A stretch of DNA of 64,000 nt from Mobula hypostoma (taxonomy: Eukaryota). Below are positions 24,119 to 36,660 of this stretch, in pieces. The stretch spans positions 82,710,001 to 82,774,000 of the forward strand of contig NC_086108.1 of the NCBI RefSeq assembly GCF_963921235.1, read 5' to 3'. The translations under genes and the position numbers were made by a program. The notes beneath the pieces were generated by a model. That model was given only the letters and a program-made list of their open reading frames with translations. It made no database searches and had not been told where the DNA came from. Numbering within the stretch: position 1 is the stretch's first letter; each line of letters begins with the position of its first letter.

Positions 24119-25559
24119 AGCACAGCACCTGGGGCAGTCTTCATAGTCTCAGCACCATGGAGAGAGGAGTGACCACTGGGGAGAGCAAGTGAAATCAGTT
24201 CTCGCCTCAGAACCCGACACTCTGTCGTTTCAGTCTACCTGGGCTGGTGTATAAATTGACCAAACAACAGAACAGCGAAAAGTAAGGCTCTCTTAGTACG
24301 AATAACACATTTATCCTGAATGGAATGGAATGTTTTGTCCTTTAAGATGGCTCAGGTTTGCAACTACACTCTTGACTTACCAAAGAGTCCTAGCGGAAAG
24401 ATTTTTCCTGTAAAGAAAGTGCAAGTTGCAAACGATTTCAATGCCCTTCATTTGAGCAAGTGCATTTCTGAACTTTGAGCATTATCCCATTTACTGCAGT
24501 AAAAAAAATATCCACAAATTACATCAGTGGCAAAATGTTAATATAAAAAGTTGGAACATATGAAACCTTTCTGAAAGCATGATTACTTTGTACATCGCAT
24601 TAAAGAGGGTGGCCTCTGTAGACTACATTTAGTAACAGTCAAAGAAATCAAATCTAGGAAAAAAATCCCTTGTGTTTCAGGGAAATAGGACAGTGAGGTG
24701 ACAGACGCTTCATTATTTTTCAAGAAGGCTCTCAGATCAGCTCTTTGCACTAACTAACAAAATAAGGTTATGGACAACAATGTATTTATTAAAGACTGGA
24801 AAAAAAGAAATATTAAGAAAATATAATATCATCAATACTGTTTTTGAAGAGAAGGATCCACCTTCATGAAAACACTCATCTTAGGAATTCTTTCTAAACA
24901 CATTTGTCACACTGAAAAGGCTTTAAAAGGGGAATTTCATCTTTATGATGAAAGTGACACCACTTCAGGATCATTTTTAAATAGATTTTAAAAATATTAT
25001 TTAATAAGTATAATGCTGTATACTGAAATGTCAGCATTATTATTTTCAAAGCGTTTTTTTCTGTGTGGCTTTTCATCATTACCCCAAATATATACTATAC
25101 TGCATATTTAACAAAAGTATTAGAGCTTAATGGAAAAAAAGAGCATGGAACTATGACCGAGAGGTTGAAAAAAATCTTTTACATTCTATTCCTGTTCTGA
25201 AACATCTCTGTTTTCTTTATTTAACAAGGCTGGGAAAACAGTTGTTAGTCTGTAGTATCAGAAGACCCATATACATAGGTTGATGTTAGTTGGCCACATA
25301 GATTTACCTCTTCCAAAAGCAAAATATTAAATTGCTGCAGCTACTGGAAACCTGAGAAGTCGGATATCCTCAGCAGATCATTCAGCATCTGTAAAGAGAA
25401 AAACAGAGTTTGTGTTTTAGGTTTACAACCTTCCATGAAAAGCCATCAACTCAAAACAGTGAGTGGAGTTATACCTTCCTGTAACTGGTAGTTCTGTAGA
25501 AAGCAGCCAGCATTCAATGTCCAGTGTGCCTCAATCATCTACTGTATATCATCTACTAC

Positions 25560-25685
25560 TAGACAGGTATATGGAGGAATTTAAGGTGGGGGGTTATATC
25601 GGAAGCAGGGTTTGAGGGTCGGCACAACATTGCGGGCTGAAGAGCCTGTAATGTGCTGTACTATTCTATGTTCTATGTTCTATAT
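25560..25685 (+). mobile_element. CR1 3' terminal fragment with a (TTCTATG)n tail
   Basis: GACAGGTATATGGAG..GGCTGAAGAGCCTGTAATGTGCTGTACTATTCTATGTTCTATGTTCTA. Confidence 0.75.
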
Positions 25686-26429
25686 GCATTTTGATATGCC
25701 ATCGCCCAAAATGTCCTGGTGGTCTGCTACAAACATCTAACTTTCTCCTTTGCCTAGCAGTGGAGAACTGAAGAGAGCAAATGAACTGGACTTTCTACCC
25801 TATATCAGGGAGTTCTGATATATGAATGAAACCTCATTCATCTCAATGGAGTTGCTGATTGTAGAAATGCCAAATGCAGGTTAGTGGCTGACTTATTTTA
25901 TTTTCTCCTCTTTTAGAGCATTTAGTTAAATTTTTGATATTTTAAAATGTTCTAATTATTTAAAAAATATATTTAAAATCACAAATCTTTCAAAATATAC
26001 CTAATCATCAGCAATATTAAAAAAAAATTAAAGAGCAACAATAGTTGGGCTCTCAGAATACACCGAGGGCAATCTAATCTTCGTGCATGATGCTCCTCAC
26101 GTGATGCCTCTTCACTGGACTAACCCGTCCAGAGACGTACAAATAGGCAGGAAAGGTGGTAGTAACTTATTTTGTTAACTCTGTTTCTCTTTCTACAGTT
26201 GCTGCCTGGCCAGCTGAGTATTTCCAGACTCATTCACATCTGGTTATGAAAAATAAAGAAGCCACTCAGCCTATGCCTTCACTCACTTGAATTATTTTTA
26301 ATCTGAACACCAATTCCAACCAAGTAACTTGCTGGTATCTTTTGATACCTTTAATATATCTCTTTGGGTAATATATGTTCTTTTCAATTTGAAAATGATG
26401 ATCTCAAATAGCTACAGAACCCTCCACAA

Positions 26430-26760
26430 GGGATTCTGCAGATGCTGGAAATCCAAAGCAACACACACAAAATGCTAGAATAACTCAATAGGTCAGGCAG
26501 GATTTATTGAGAGGAATAAAGAGTCGACATTTCAGGCCTAGACCCTTTATCAGGACTAGAAAGGAAGGAGGAAGAGGCTAGAATAAGAACGTTGGGGGAG
26601 GGAAAGGAATTCAAGCTGGCAAGTGATAGGTGAAACCAAGTTGGGGGGGAATCGTTAGAGGGTGGGGGAAGGTGGATTGATGTGAGTAGCTAGGAGGTGA
26701 TAGGTGGAAGAGATAAAGGGTTGGAGAAGAAGGAATCTGTTCAGACAGGAGAGTAGACCC
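26430..26760 (-). mobile_element. PLE terminus with a degenerate hammerhead (CUGAUAA)
   Basis: The minus strand reads AGTCCTGATAAAGGGTCTAGGCCTGAAATGTCGACT at about 26522-26557. Confidence 0.75.
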
Positions 26761-26869
26761 TCAGATTGCTGATGAAACCAAGATCAGCATCCAGGAAAAC
26801 CAGGCTGGCTGTCTTGTAAATAGATATCAGAGTGATGGAAGAGTGCAGTGCGAATGAGAGTGATAGCCT

Positions 26870-27520
26870 GGAATGTTCAAAGTAAAATTTATTATCAAAG
26901 TACACACATGTCACCAAATACAACCCTGAGATTCTTTTTCCTGTGGACATACTCAGCAAATCTATAGAACAGTAACTGCAAACAGGATCAATGAACAACT
27001 ACCTGTGCAAAAGCAAATATAAATAAATAGCAATAAATAACGAGAGCATGAAATAACAAGATAAAGTGAGGCCATCGGTTGTCGGAACATCAGAAATACA
27101 ACGAGTGAAGCTATCCCCTTTTGTTCAAGAGCATGATGGTTGAGGGGTAGTAGCTGTTCTTGAACCTGGTGGTGTGAGTCCTGAGATTCCTGTACCTTCT
27201 ACCTGATGGCAGCAGTGAGAAAAGAGCATGGCCTGGGTGGTGAGGATCTTTGATAATGGATGCTGCTTTTCTATGACAACGTTTCATGTAGATGTGCTCA
27301 GTGATTGGGAGGGCTTTACCCATGATGTAATGAGCTGAATCCATTACCTTTCATAGGATTTTCCACTCAAAGGTGTTGGTGATCCCATCTCAGGCCATAA
27401 TGCAGCCAGTCAGTATTCTTTCCATCACACATCGATTGAACTTTGTCAAGATTTTTAATGACATGTCGAATCTCTGCAGGCTCCTGAGGAAGTAGAGGCA
27501 CTGTTATGCTTTCTTTGATG
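26870..27520 (-). mobile_element. Rex1/Babar 3' fragment
   Basis: KAASIIKDPHHPGHALFSLLPSGRRYRNLRTHTTRFKNSYYP. Confidence 0.85.
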
Positions 27521-27779
27521 TAGAAAGAGATAAACAATCACTGTCATTGGTCTACCAGTCGTCACATAGTATTGTAAGATTGGAATCATGGGACAAATGA
27601 GTTAAAGGAGAAGTCAACGCAAAACTGGTTGAAGATGAAGAACAGGTTAATCCCAAATTCCACAGACTTTAATTTTGTAATCAGATTGAATGCAGATTGG
27701 AAAACAATATTCTCAAAGGAGAATACTCTTTTGAATACTTTTTCAAAATAGTATGCATTCAGTAGCAGGGCACATGGTA

Positions 27780-28080
27780 TAGATAGGATAAATACTTGCA
27801 GATTTTTTCTCCTGAAATTGGGTGGGACTAGAACCCGAAGTAAAAAGTAAAACACTTAAGGGGATCGTCATTCAAAGGGCAGTGCGAGGTTGGAAAGGAC
27901 TGCCAGCAGAGGTGGTGGATGCAGGTTCAACTGCAACATTTAAAGTGAGTTAGATAGGTACTTGGATGAGATGGGTATGGAGGGTTAATGTCCAGGTGTG
28001 GGTAGATGGGACTAAACAGAAAAACAGGTCAGCTGCCTAGATGGGGCAAAGGGCCAGCTGCAGTGCTCTAGGGCTCTATG
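27780..28080 (+). mobile_element. CR1 3' fragment, degraded
   Basis: LPAEVVDAGSTATFK-like remnant and a CR1 3' UTR. Confidence 0.65.
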
Positions 28081-29439
28081 CCTGGTGACATGCATATTAT
28101 GATTCAAAGTAGTACAACACTCACAGGTAAAACATTATTTATTACTTGTACTTAACGTACTAACACACGGATATACTCATGTTCAAAACGGTAACTCAAT
28201 TATTTACTGTACCTGCTCTTTCCAATCAACACTACCTGTGATCAAATAATTAAAGTATCTCCCATTCAGAATCACAGACAGACATACACAGGCCCAATCA
28301 TGCAAATCATTCATGCACACAGAATAAAAAGTGAAATATTTAAACAGTTATTATAAGTACATGCATTTGCACAAGCACACTTGTCCCAGTGTAGAGATAT
28401 CAGGTATTATAGAAACTTGCATTATTGCTGATTTCAGCTAAATTATATTTTTTGGCAGATCCAAAGACACCTTCTAAAATGTATTCTTGGTGTTCTTCGT
28501 TAACTAAATATCATTTAAATCACTTTGTCATTATACTCAATAAGTTCAAATATAATTTAGTTTTACATTGGTAAATCTGATTTCGGAAAGGTCTTCAGAA
28601 CATAGGCTTACATTTTATCACAGGTCTCTGCTAAACAATGGTTCCTATAAAGAAAACACAAACTGTATTTTGCATGTAACATTTATGTTTTGGTTACAAT
28701 AGCTGAATATGGAAATAAAATCCATGGTAAATAATGCACTTAAGAAGGATGAAGTGTATTAATTAATCCTGGCATCACTGATGGCTGTTTGGTGACAGCA
28801 TTGCTGAATTCAAATGAGACTTAACCTTGGGTGAGACCGGCTAGCTAGCCTTTCTTCTCTCGTCTTCTCAAATCTAAAAATTGTTAAGTGATCTTTGTAG
28901 CTCAGCTTTCCTCACAGATTAATGTAAGAATGGTCTAATGCTTGCAAACGTGACTGCCTGTGACAGGCGTACAAACTCCTCAAAAGGAGGAATTCCTCAG
29001 TTAAACACCCCTCCCCCATTCTAAAAAAATCTGCTTGCTAAAACCTCCTTTAAAAGGAGCTAACCACTTAATCCTCGAAAGCTTGATTGCTGCAAAATAA
29101 AATAGGGGAAAAAATAGTTCTTTTGAGCTGCATGGAAGGTACTGTGCAGAAATGAGGGAGTGGATCACGAGCTGAGGGCTGCTTTGATATTAAATCCTAC
29201 AGGTGGCCTCCTTCCGATGCTGACATGATCCCAGTGGGATTGTTCTGTGGCCTTTTGATACTCTATAAAAGCTTTCTGAGGATAGTTTAAATAAAGAAGA
29301 ATATTTGTGGAGAGTGTGGGGGTGAATTAGGTTGTAATAAATAGCTTTAAATGTTTAAATTAAAGGTTATTTACCCCTCAAAATGCTTTCCCCTCTCTTC
29401 TCTTGCTCCCTGGGAAGTGTCTGCTCCGGTGTGAAGTAA

Positions 29440-31460
29440 TCAGTATCAGAATCAGGCTTATTACCATCGACATATGCCGTGAAATTTGTTGTTTCTTGGT
29501 AGCAGCAGTGCCATGAGACCTAAAAATGACTCTTTAAGTTTCAATAAATAAATAACTAGTGAAAAAGAGGAACAAGCGCAGAAATCTGATGGCAGAGGAG
29601 AAAAAGCTGCTCCCAAAAAAGTTAAGCGTGCATGCTCAGGCTCCCATACCTCCACCCCGATGGTAGTAATGAGAAGAGGGCATGTCCCGGATAGTGAAGT
29701 TTCTCAGTGATGGATACACCTTTTTTGAAGATGTTCTCAGTGGCGGGGAGGACTCCGCCCATGATGGAGCTGGCTGGTCTACCACCCTCTGCAGCCTCTT
29801 TTGATCCTACACATTGGAGTCTCCATACCAGGTGGTGATACAACCAGTCAGAACGCTCTCCATCCTGCATTTGTATAAATTTGCTTAGGTCTTTGGTGGC
29901 ATAACAACTCTTCTCAAGCTTCTCATGAAGTATGATTGCCGGTATGCCTTCTTCAATGTGTTGGGCCCAGGATAGATCCTCTGAGTTGCTGATGTCCAGA
30001 ATTTGAAGTTTCTCACCCTTTTCACTGACCCCCTCAGCAACAACTAGAGTATGTTCTCCCAACTTCCCCCTCCAGAATCATAATCAGTTCCCTCACCTTG
30101 CTGAAGCTGAGTGCAAGTTTGCTGTTGTGACACCGCTCAACCAATTGGTCTATGTCACTCCTGTATGCCGTCTCAGATTCTGCGAACAACAGTGATTTTG
30201 ATGGCGAACTTATAGATGGAATTTGATTTATACCTAGCCATGCAGTCTTGCGTATGGAGAGAGCAGAGCAGTGGGCTAAGCATGCATCCAAAACTGTCAG
30301 CGGGGAGGAATTGTTATTACTAATCCACATTGACTGTTGTCTCCCAATGAGGAAGGCAAAGATCCTGTTGCCGAGAGAGGTACAGGTGCCTGAGTTTTGA
30401 AGCTTGATGATTGGAATTGAAGGGATGATGGTGTTGAATACTGTATGACTGCCATTGTCCAGGTGCTTCAATGCCAAGTGGAGAGCCAATGAGATCACAC
30501 CCTCTGTAGACCTGTTGTGGTTGTAAACAAATTGCAGTGACCCAGTACCTTGCTCAGGCACTGGTTAGTTTTGGCCATGACCTGGAGTATTGTGTACAGT
30601 TCTAGTCATCTAGTTATAGGAAGAATGTGAAAGCTTCAGAGAGGCTGCAGAAGAGATTTACCAGGATGCTTCCTGGATTAGAGAGCATGTCTTATGAACA
30701 AAGGTTGAGCGAGCTGAGGTTTTTCTCTTTGGAGCAAAGGGGGATGAGACGTGATTTGTTAGAAATGTATAAGATGATGGGACATAGGGTGGACTGCCAG
30801 CATCTTTTTTCGGTGTAGCAATTTGTTACTATGAGAGGGCATAATTTTAAGGTGAATGGAGGTAAGTGCATGAATGCCTTGCCAGGGATGGTGGTGGGGG
30901 CAGATACAATAGGGACATATAAGAGAATCTTTGAGAGGCACATGGATGAAAGAAAAATTGAGGGCTTTGAAGAAGGGAATGGTTGATTGATCCTGGAGTA
31001 GGTTAAAAGTTCAGAACAACATCATGGGCCAAGGTCCCGTACTCTATTGTATTGTTCTATATTCTATGTTCTATGTACAGTATGGCTAACCTTTCAAAGC
31101 ATTCATGATAGTAGATGTGAGTGTAACCAGGTGATAGATGTTGAAACAGTTAACCCTGCTCTTCTTGGGCACCGGAATGATTGATCCCCTTTTGAAGCAG
31201 ATGAGTACTTCAGACCACAGCAGTCAGAGGTTGAAAATGTCCTTGAATGCTCCAAGTGCCATGCCAGATACACCATCAGGGCCTGACGCCTTGCGAAGGT
31301 TCACCCTCTTGAAGGATATTCTAACATCAGCCATTGAGATGGAGATCACTGGGTTACTAAGTGCAATGGGGATTTGCACAGGTGTAGTGTTCTCCCCTTC
31401 AAACTGTGTTTCAAAGGTGTTGAGCTCATTATGGAGTGAAACATCACTGCCATTTATGCC
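29440..31460 (-). mobile_element. Rex1/Babar LINE fragment interrupted by an antisense CR1 3' piece (about 30582-31077, + strand)
   Basis: HNRSTEGVISLALHLALKHLD and HALFSLLPSG. The inserted piece has LQKRFTRMLPGLE and a TTCTATGTTCTATG tail. Confidence 0.85.
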
Positions 31461-31508
31461 ATACAGATTTTGAGAATTATCCTCAAGAGCCTTAGAACGA
31501 AGTGTCTA

Positions 31509-32295
31509 GGCTACATCCACACTAGACCGGATAATTTTGAAAATGCCGGTTTTGCGTAAAAACAATAGGTGTCCACACCAGGTGTTTTTGAAAATACCTC
31601 CATCCACTAAAACGAGTATTTAGGTGAATCTCTTCCTACTGGGCATGCGCAGGACATATCTACAGAAAACAAGCGAAGAGGAAATGGTATACTTGCTGTG
31701 CGCTTGTCCAATTATAGACTAGAAAAACTTAAAAGGAAGTTGCCAAACGATGGACAGCAGTTGGCTCTCATGCAGGAGGACTTAAAAAAACTAAAAAAAC
31801 AAACTGGAGCATATGAGGCAACCGACAGGGAGTTCACGGATAGTATGACCCAGCTGACGACGAACATTGAAAAACTGACTAACTCTGTTGCAGAGGGGTT
31901 TGCAATGATGAGGAATATGATGGCTCCCCCCCAGCACTTTTCACCGCCACAATACCAGCCTCACAGCCACTACATAGCTACACATACGGACACACAGACC
32001 CCCGGGTGGCCCCACCATCATCTTCCCCACTCCCACAGAGGGGTCACCCTGGAAATATTTCCTACAGTCATTGTCCCTTCACCGATGAAAGGGGCGACAA
32101 GTTTTTTAAAACCTCCGGTTACCCCGTACACACTACAACGCCCAACCGGCGTTTTCAGATTTAAACACCCTGGAGAGCGTTTTAGAAAAGTTCCATTTTC
32201 GGGGGAGGAAAACGCCGTTTTAGTGTGGATGGAGGGTCAAAATGAAGAGAAATAGCTTCAGTTACGGATTTATCTGGTCTAGTGTGGATGTAGCC
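31509..32295 (+). mobile_element. PIF/Harbinger non-autonomous derivative with part of the accessory (Myb/SANT-type) ORF
   Basis: TIRs GGCTACATCCACACTAGACCGGATAA / TTATCTGGTCTAGTGTGGATGTAGCC, flanked by CTA and TTA (degenerate 3-bp TSD). Internal coiled-coil ORF EKLKRKLPND..IEKLTNSVAEGFAMMR. Confidence 0.85.
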
Positions 32296-33577
32296 TTAGA
32301 CTATCAACGTGCATAACAAATGCTGAGAAATATTGAAGGATTTACACAGGTAAAGATTTTGTAAACACCTGTTTTCTTCCTTTCTGCCTGACTTAATGAC
32401 ACCCGATACAAAGTTCACAGTCTATTGGGCAGTAGTGATCCATACCCTCCTATCTGCTCTGGGACATGAATTACCTACAGCAGTCATCTCAAAGCAGTGG
32501 AAGAGCACTACCAATGGCCATCTCCCCAGAATCCTCCTAAATCACCAGGAGGATATATAAAAGATTGTCAGTGCCCCCTTTCTGGCCAGCATTGATATTC
32601 TGATTACAGTTAGCCCGTTCTGATGTGCAGGCCACGTTATCTGGATATTAATCGGGAATATCATGTGCTCCATTCAATGGGAGCACATAAAAGTTGGAGG
32701 AATGCACCACTTTCCGAACTTTCCACCTGTAACTCTGTCAAGAATCACTTGTTCCACTCGAGGCACAATTTGTGGGCCCCGCTTAGTCTTCAACTCAAAA
32801 CCCAGACAGCTGCAGTGAAAGCCAGTCAACATCAATCCTGACAGAATACCTAAAAAGAAAAGGAGGAGTTCGTCTTTGTCATAGCCAACTTCAAGGTTCT
32901 GTAGGTATCCTTATTTATATTTTCCTAACGGACAAATTTCCCCTCTATGTGGGGACTGCCTTGGCAGTTTTGGGTATGGACTTAAGTGTTGGTGCCCAGA
33001 AGTTACTTCTTACACATACATTGCTGTCTTAGGGGAACAAGAATGCACGGTGAGTGGCTGCCATGCATCTGTATCAAGTACTTGCACCACATGCACTCAA
33101 GCGATGCTGACCTTGTTTCAGTTGTGGAGCTTTTGAAGCTGCCTTCTGACTATAAGCTACTGTCAAGCTTGTGCTGAATGATGGATGAAATTCTTTGACA
33201 TTTTCTGTCGCTATTTCCATGGAGGCTACAATTTTGCAATCAGGTCAAACATAAGTCCCTGCATGACTAACAAATTGAATTGCATTTCAGTCACACATAA
33301 ATCTATTGTGCAGTGCATAATTTAAGAACTTACCACAGGTGCAGCGCCTGTGTAAATATTTTAATGCAACAACATTGTCACCTGTCTCTTCTATTCTATC
33401 ATTTCTGATGCTAAGCCTAACCCTCTGTTCTTTGAAATGATGTGGATTGATTGATGGATTTAAATAATTAATAATAAAATTATTAAAATACTTAATAAGT
33501 ACAAAGAAGATCTTTAACTAAGACATCTTAAGTATTAACAAGTAATTACGAACTTTGAAATAAAGTGAAATATTTAC

Positions 33578-33839
33578 CTGTATTTCCACAGGATTTCCAG
33601 TTTGTTGAAATGAACAGCGCCAGTATCTCCTGGGCATACAGTTGTGGTCTGGATGCGTCTATTTCTGTCCCCAGTGGAGTTAGTGTTCTGGAAGTGTGTC
33701 CGATGCTGAGTGCTACAACAGAGCAGGAAGAGAAATGCAATGATATATGACCTTCTGGTTGTCTTGGACTTCTGGAGATGAGCAGAACTGTGAATGGCTG
33801 AGAACCAACATGTCCGAATGGATTTGCATTTGATTCTGT
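33578..33839 (-). CDS. Candidate internal coding exon of an unidentified gene (phase 0 start, phase 1 end)
   Basis: Acceptor ttaatag, donor CAG|gtaaat. The 262 bp are open (TESNANPFGHVGSQPFTVLLISRSPRQPEGHISLHFSS..LYAQEILALFISTNWKSCGNT) and bounded upstream by in-frame stops. Phase-compatible with 17408-17631. Confidence 0.5.
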
Positions 33840-34059
33840 CTATTAAATATAACTTGCAAACTGCAGCACGTGACTGTATTATGTTTGTCATGAAGGCTCG
33901 CAATTCAAGGAATTTGGAATTCACTTGCTTCCATTGTGTCAACAGCAGGCTTCCTAATAATGCAAGAAATCACAGACCTGAGAGTACCACACCAAATTCC
34001 CTAGATCTACAGAAATTATATGGACATCACTGCCTCAATATCTGTTTAGGTATTGAGGC

Positions 34060-34640
34060 CAAGGTCCTGAAGCTTATTGATTAGTTTTGAGGGGATGACA
34101 ATATTGAATTCCAAGCTGTAGACAATAAGGAACGTTCTGATGTATACATCTTTGCTGTTCAGATGTTCCAGGGTTGAGTTAAAAGCCAATGAAGTAATTC
34201 TGCTGTTAACCGTTTGTGGCATTAGGCAAATTGAAGCAGATCCAAGTCATTTCTCAGGCAGCAGTTGATATGTTTCATCACCAATCTCTCAAAACATGTC
34301 GTCGCAGTGGGTGTAACTGCTATTGGGCTATAGTCATTGAGGTAGGTTAGCATGTTCTTCTTAGGCACTGGTATAAGAGAAGCTTGCTCGAATCAAGTGC
34401 TGAACTGAGAACTTAAAGATATTGGTGACAATCCAGTCAGGTGATCAGCACACTTGGCCAGGTACTGCAACTGAGCTGCATTACTTCCATGGGTATACTC
34501 TCCTGAAGCATGCTCTCACGTTGGTCTAAGAAACTGAAATCACAGGCTCATTGGGGGCTGTGGGAGCTAGTGAAGGTTCCTCCATATTTTGATGGTCAAA
34601 ACGAGCACAGAAGGCATTGAGCTCATCTGGAAGTGAAAGA
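34060..34640 (-). mobile_element. Old Rex1/Babar RT fragment
   Basis: Degenerate PKKNMLTYLNDYSPIAVTP..TCFERLVMK on the minus strand. Confidence 0.7.
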
Positions 34641-34775
34641 GCACCAGCTAACTGCCTTGATCCTCAAACTAAGCCCCAGAAAAGCAGAATTAGCGCACAC
34701 AATAGGAACCTCGCTCCCATGCACAACTTTATAAAATAACAGTCAAGTCCTTAAGCAATATTTACATAAGATGGT

Positions 34776-35208
34776 AAACACAAAATACTCTGCAGATGCT
34801 GGGGTCAAAGCAACACTCACAAGACACTGGAGGAACTCAGCAGGTCAGGCAGCATCCGTGGAAAAGATCAGTCGATGTTTTGGGCCGGAACCCTTCGCCA
34901 GGACTGAAGAGGGAAGGGGCAGAGGCCCTATAAAGAAGGTGGGGGGAGGGTGGGAAGGAGAAGGCTGGTAGGTTCCAGGTGAAAAATCAATAAGGGGAAA
35001 GATAAAGGGGTGGGGGAGGGGAAGCAGGGAGGTGATAGGCAGGAAAGGTGAAGAAGGAATAGGGGAAACACAATGGATAGTAGAAGGAGGTGGAACCATG
35101 GGGGAAGGGAGGGGGAGGGAATTACTGGAAGTTGGAAAATTCTATATTCATACCAAGGGGCTGGAGACTACCTAGACGATATATGAGTTGTTGCTCCTCC
35201 AACCCGAG
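34776..35208 (-). mobile_element. PLE 3' terminus with a degenerate hammerhead
   Basis: The minus strand reads CAGTCCTGGCGAAGGGTTCCGGCCCAAAACATCGACTG, with an upstream remnant LEEQQLIYRLGSLQPLGMNI. Confidence 0.8.
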
Positions 35209-35537
35209 TTTATACCAAGATGGTATACATAATATGGACTGCTTCCCAGGCATCTTACCATATTGTACAGGAAACACGTCTCAATGGATTGCTGATTGTT
35301 AATCCACCTAACCTGAAATTATACAGGCTCTGGTCTTTTCACTGGAAAAAAGTGATGAAGGAAATTTAAGTGGAGGCTGAAATGGAATAAAAGCAAATGG
35401 CACAAAACTGAAGCAAGGAGACCTTTTCTGACCAGTGAATGAAAACATTGCCTATTTTAATGAAGCCCATCAGTTTTCACTGCTCAAGTAAAGTGTCGGA
35501 ATCGGGATTATTATCACTGACATTCCATGAAATTTAG

Positions 35538-36660
35538 AGCAACACACAGAAAATGCTGGAGGAAATCAACAGGTCTGGCAGCATCTATGGAAATGTATGG
35601 ACAGTTGACGTTTCGGGCTGAGACACTTCATCAGGAATGGAAAGGAATACGAAAGAATCCCGACAAAGACGGTGGTGGGGGGGGGCCTTGTTGGGAAGTA
35701 GTACAAGCTAGAAGGTAATAGGTGTGGGGGTTGGGGGGGACAAGGTAAGAAGCTGGGAGGTGATAGGTGGAAAAGGTAAAGGACTAGAAAAGAAGAAATC
35801 TCATAGGAGAGGAGAATAGACCACAGGAGAAAGGGAACGAGGAGGGGCACTGGGGGGGGGGGGGTGACATGCAAGTGAGGAGAAAAGAAGAGGTAAGAGG
35901 GAGGCCAGAGATGAGAATTGAAGAAGAAGGAAGGGGAGGAAGAAAAAAATACCAGAAGAGAGAAATTGATTTTGATACCATCAAAATCCCCATTGGAGAT
36001 TTTCCAATGGAATATGAAATGTTACTCCTCCAACCTGAGAGTGGCCTCGTCAAGGAAGTAGAGGAGGCAATGGGAATGGGGATTCGAATTGAAGATGCTC
36101 GCCAAAGCAGTTCCCCCAACCTACATCGGGTCTCACCCACGTAGAGGAGGCTGCATCCGGAGCACCAGATACAGTAGACGACACGAACGCATTCACAGGT
36201 AAAATGCTGTATCACCCAAACAGAGGAGAGGGAGGAGGTGAATCGGCAAGTGTAGCATTTCTTCCGCTTACAGGGATAAGTGCCAGGAGGGAGATTAATG
36301 GGGAAGGTCGAACAGACAAGGGAATCACAAATGGAGTGATCCCTGCAGAAGTAGAGAGTGGGGAGGAGGTAAAGATGTGTTTGGTGGTAAGATTCTGTTA
36401 AAGCAGGCGTAAGTTGTGGAGAATGATGTTCTGGATGCAGAGTCTCATGGGGTGGTAGGTCAGCTCAAGAGGAACTCCGTACCAGTTAAGGCACTAGAAA
36501 GATGGAGTGAGGGTAGATGTCTGGGAAAAGGAGGAAATGCAGCTGAAGGCAACATCAGTACTGGAGGAAAGGAGACCTCATTCTATGAAAAAGGAGGACA
36601 TCTCTGTTGTTCTGGAAAGGAATGCCTCATCCTGGAAGCAGATGCGGCAGAGACTAAGAA
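35538..36660 (-). mobile_element. Neptune-type PLE 3' region (GIY-YIG remnant, UTR, hammerhead with intact core but broken stems at 35602-35639)
   Basis: HFTCECVRVVYCIWCSGCSLLYVGETRCRLG and CTGATGAAGTGTCTCAGCCCGAAACGTC. Confidence 0.85.

Noticed and set aside
32663..32688. Small hairpin ATGTGCTCC/GGAGCACAT
   Set aside because: The arms are only 9 bp and there is no supporting context.
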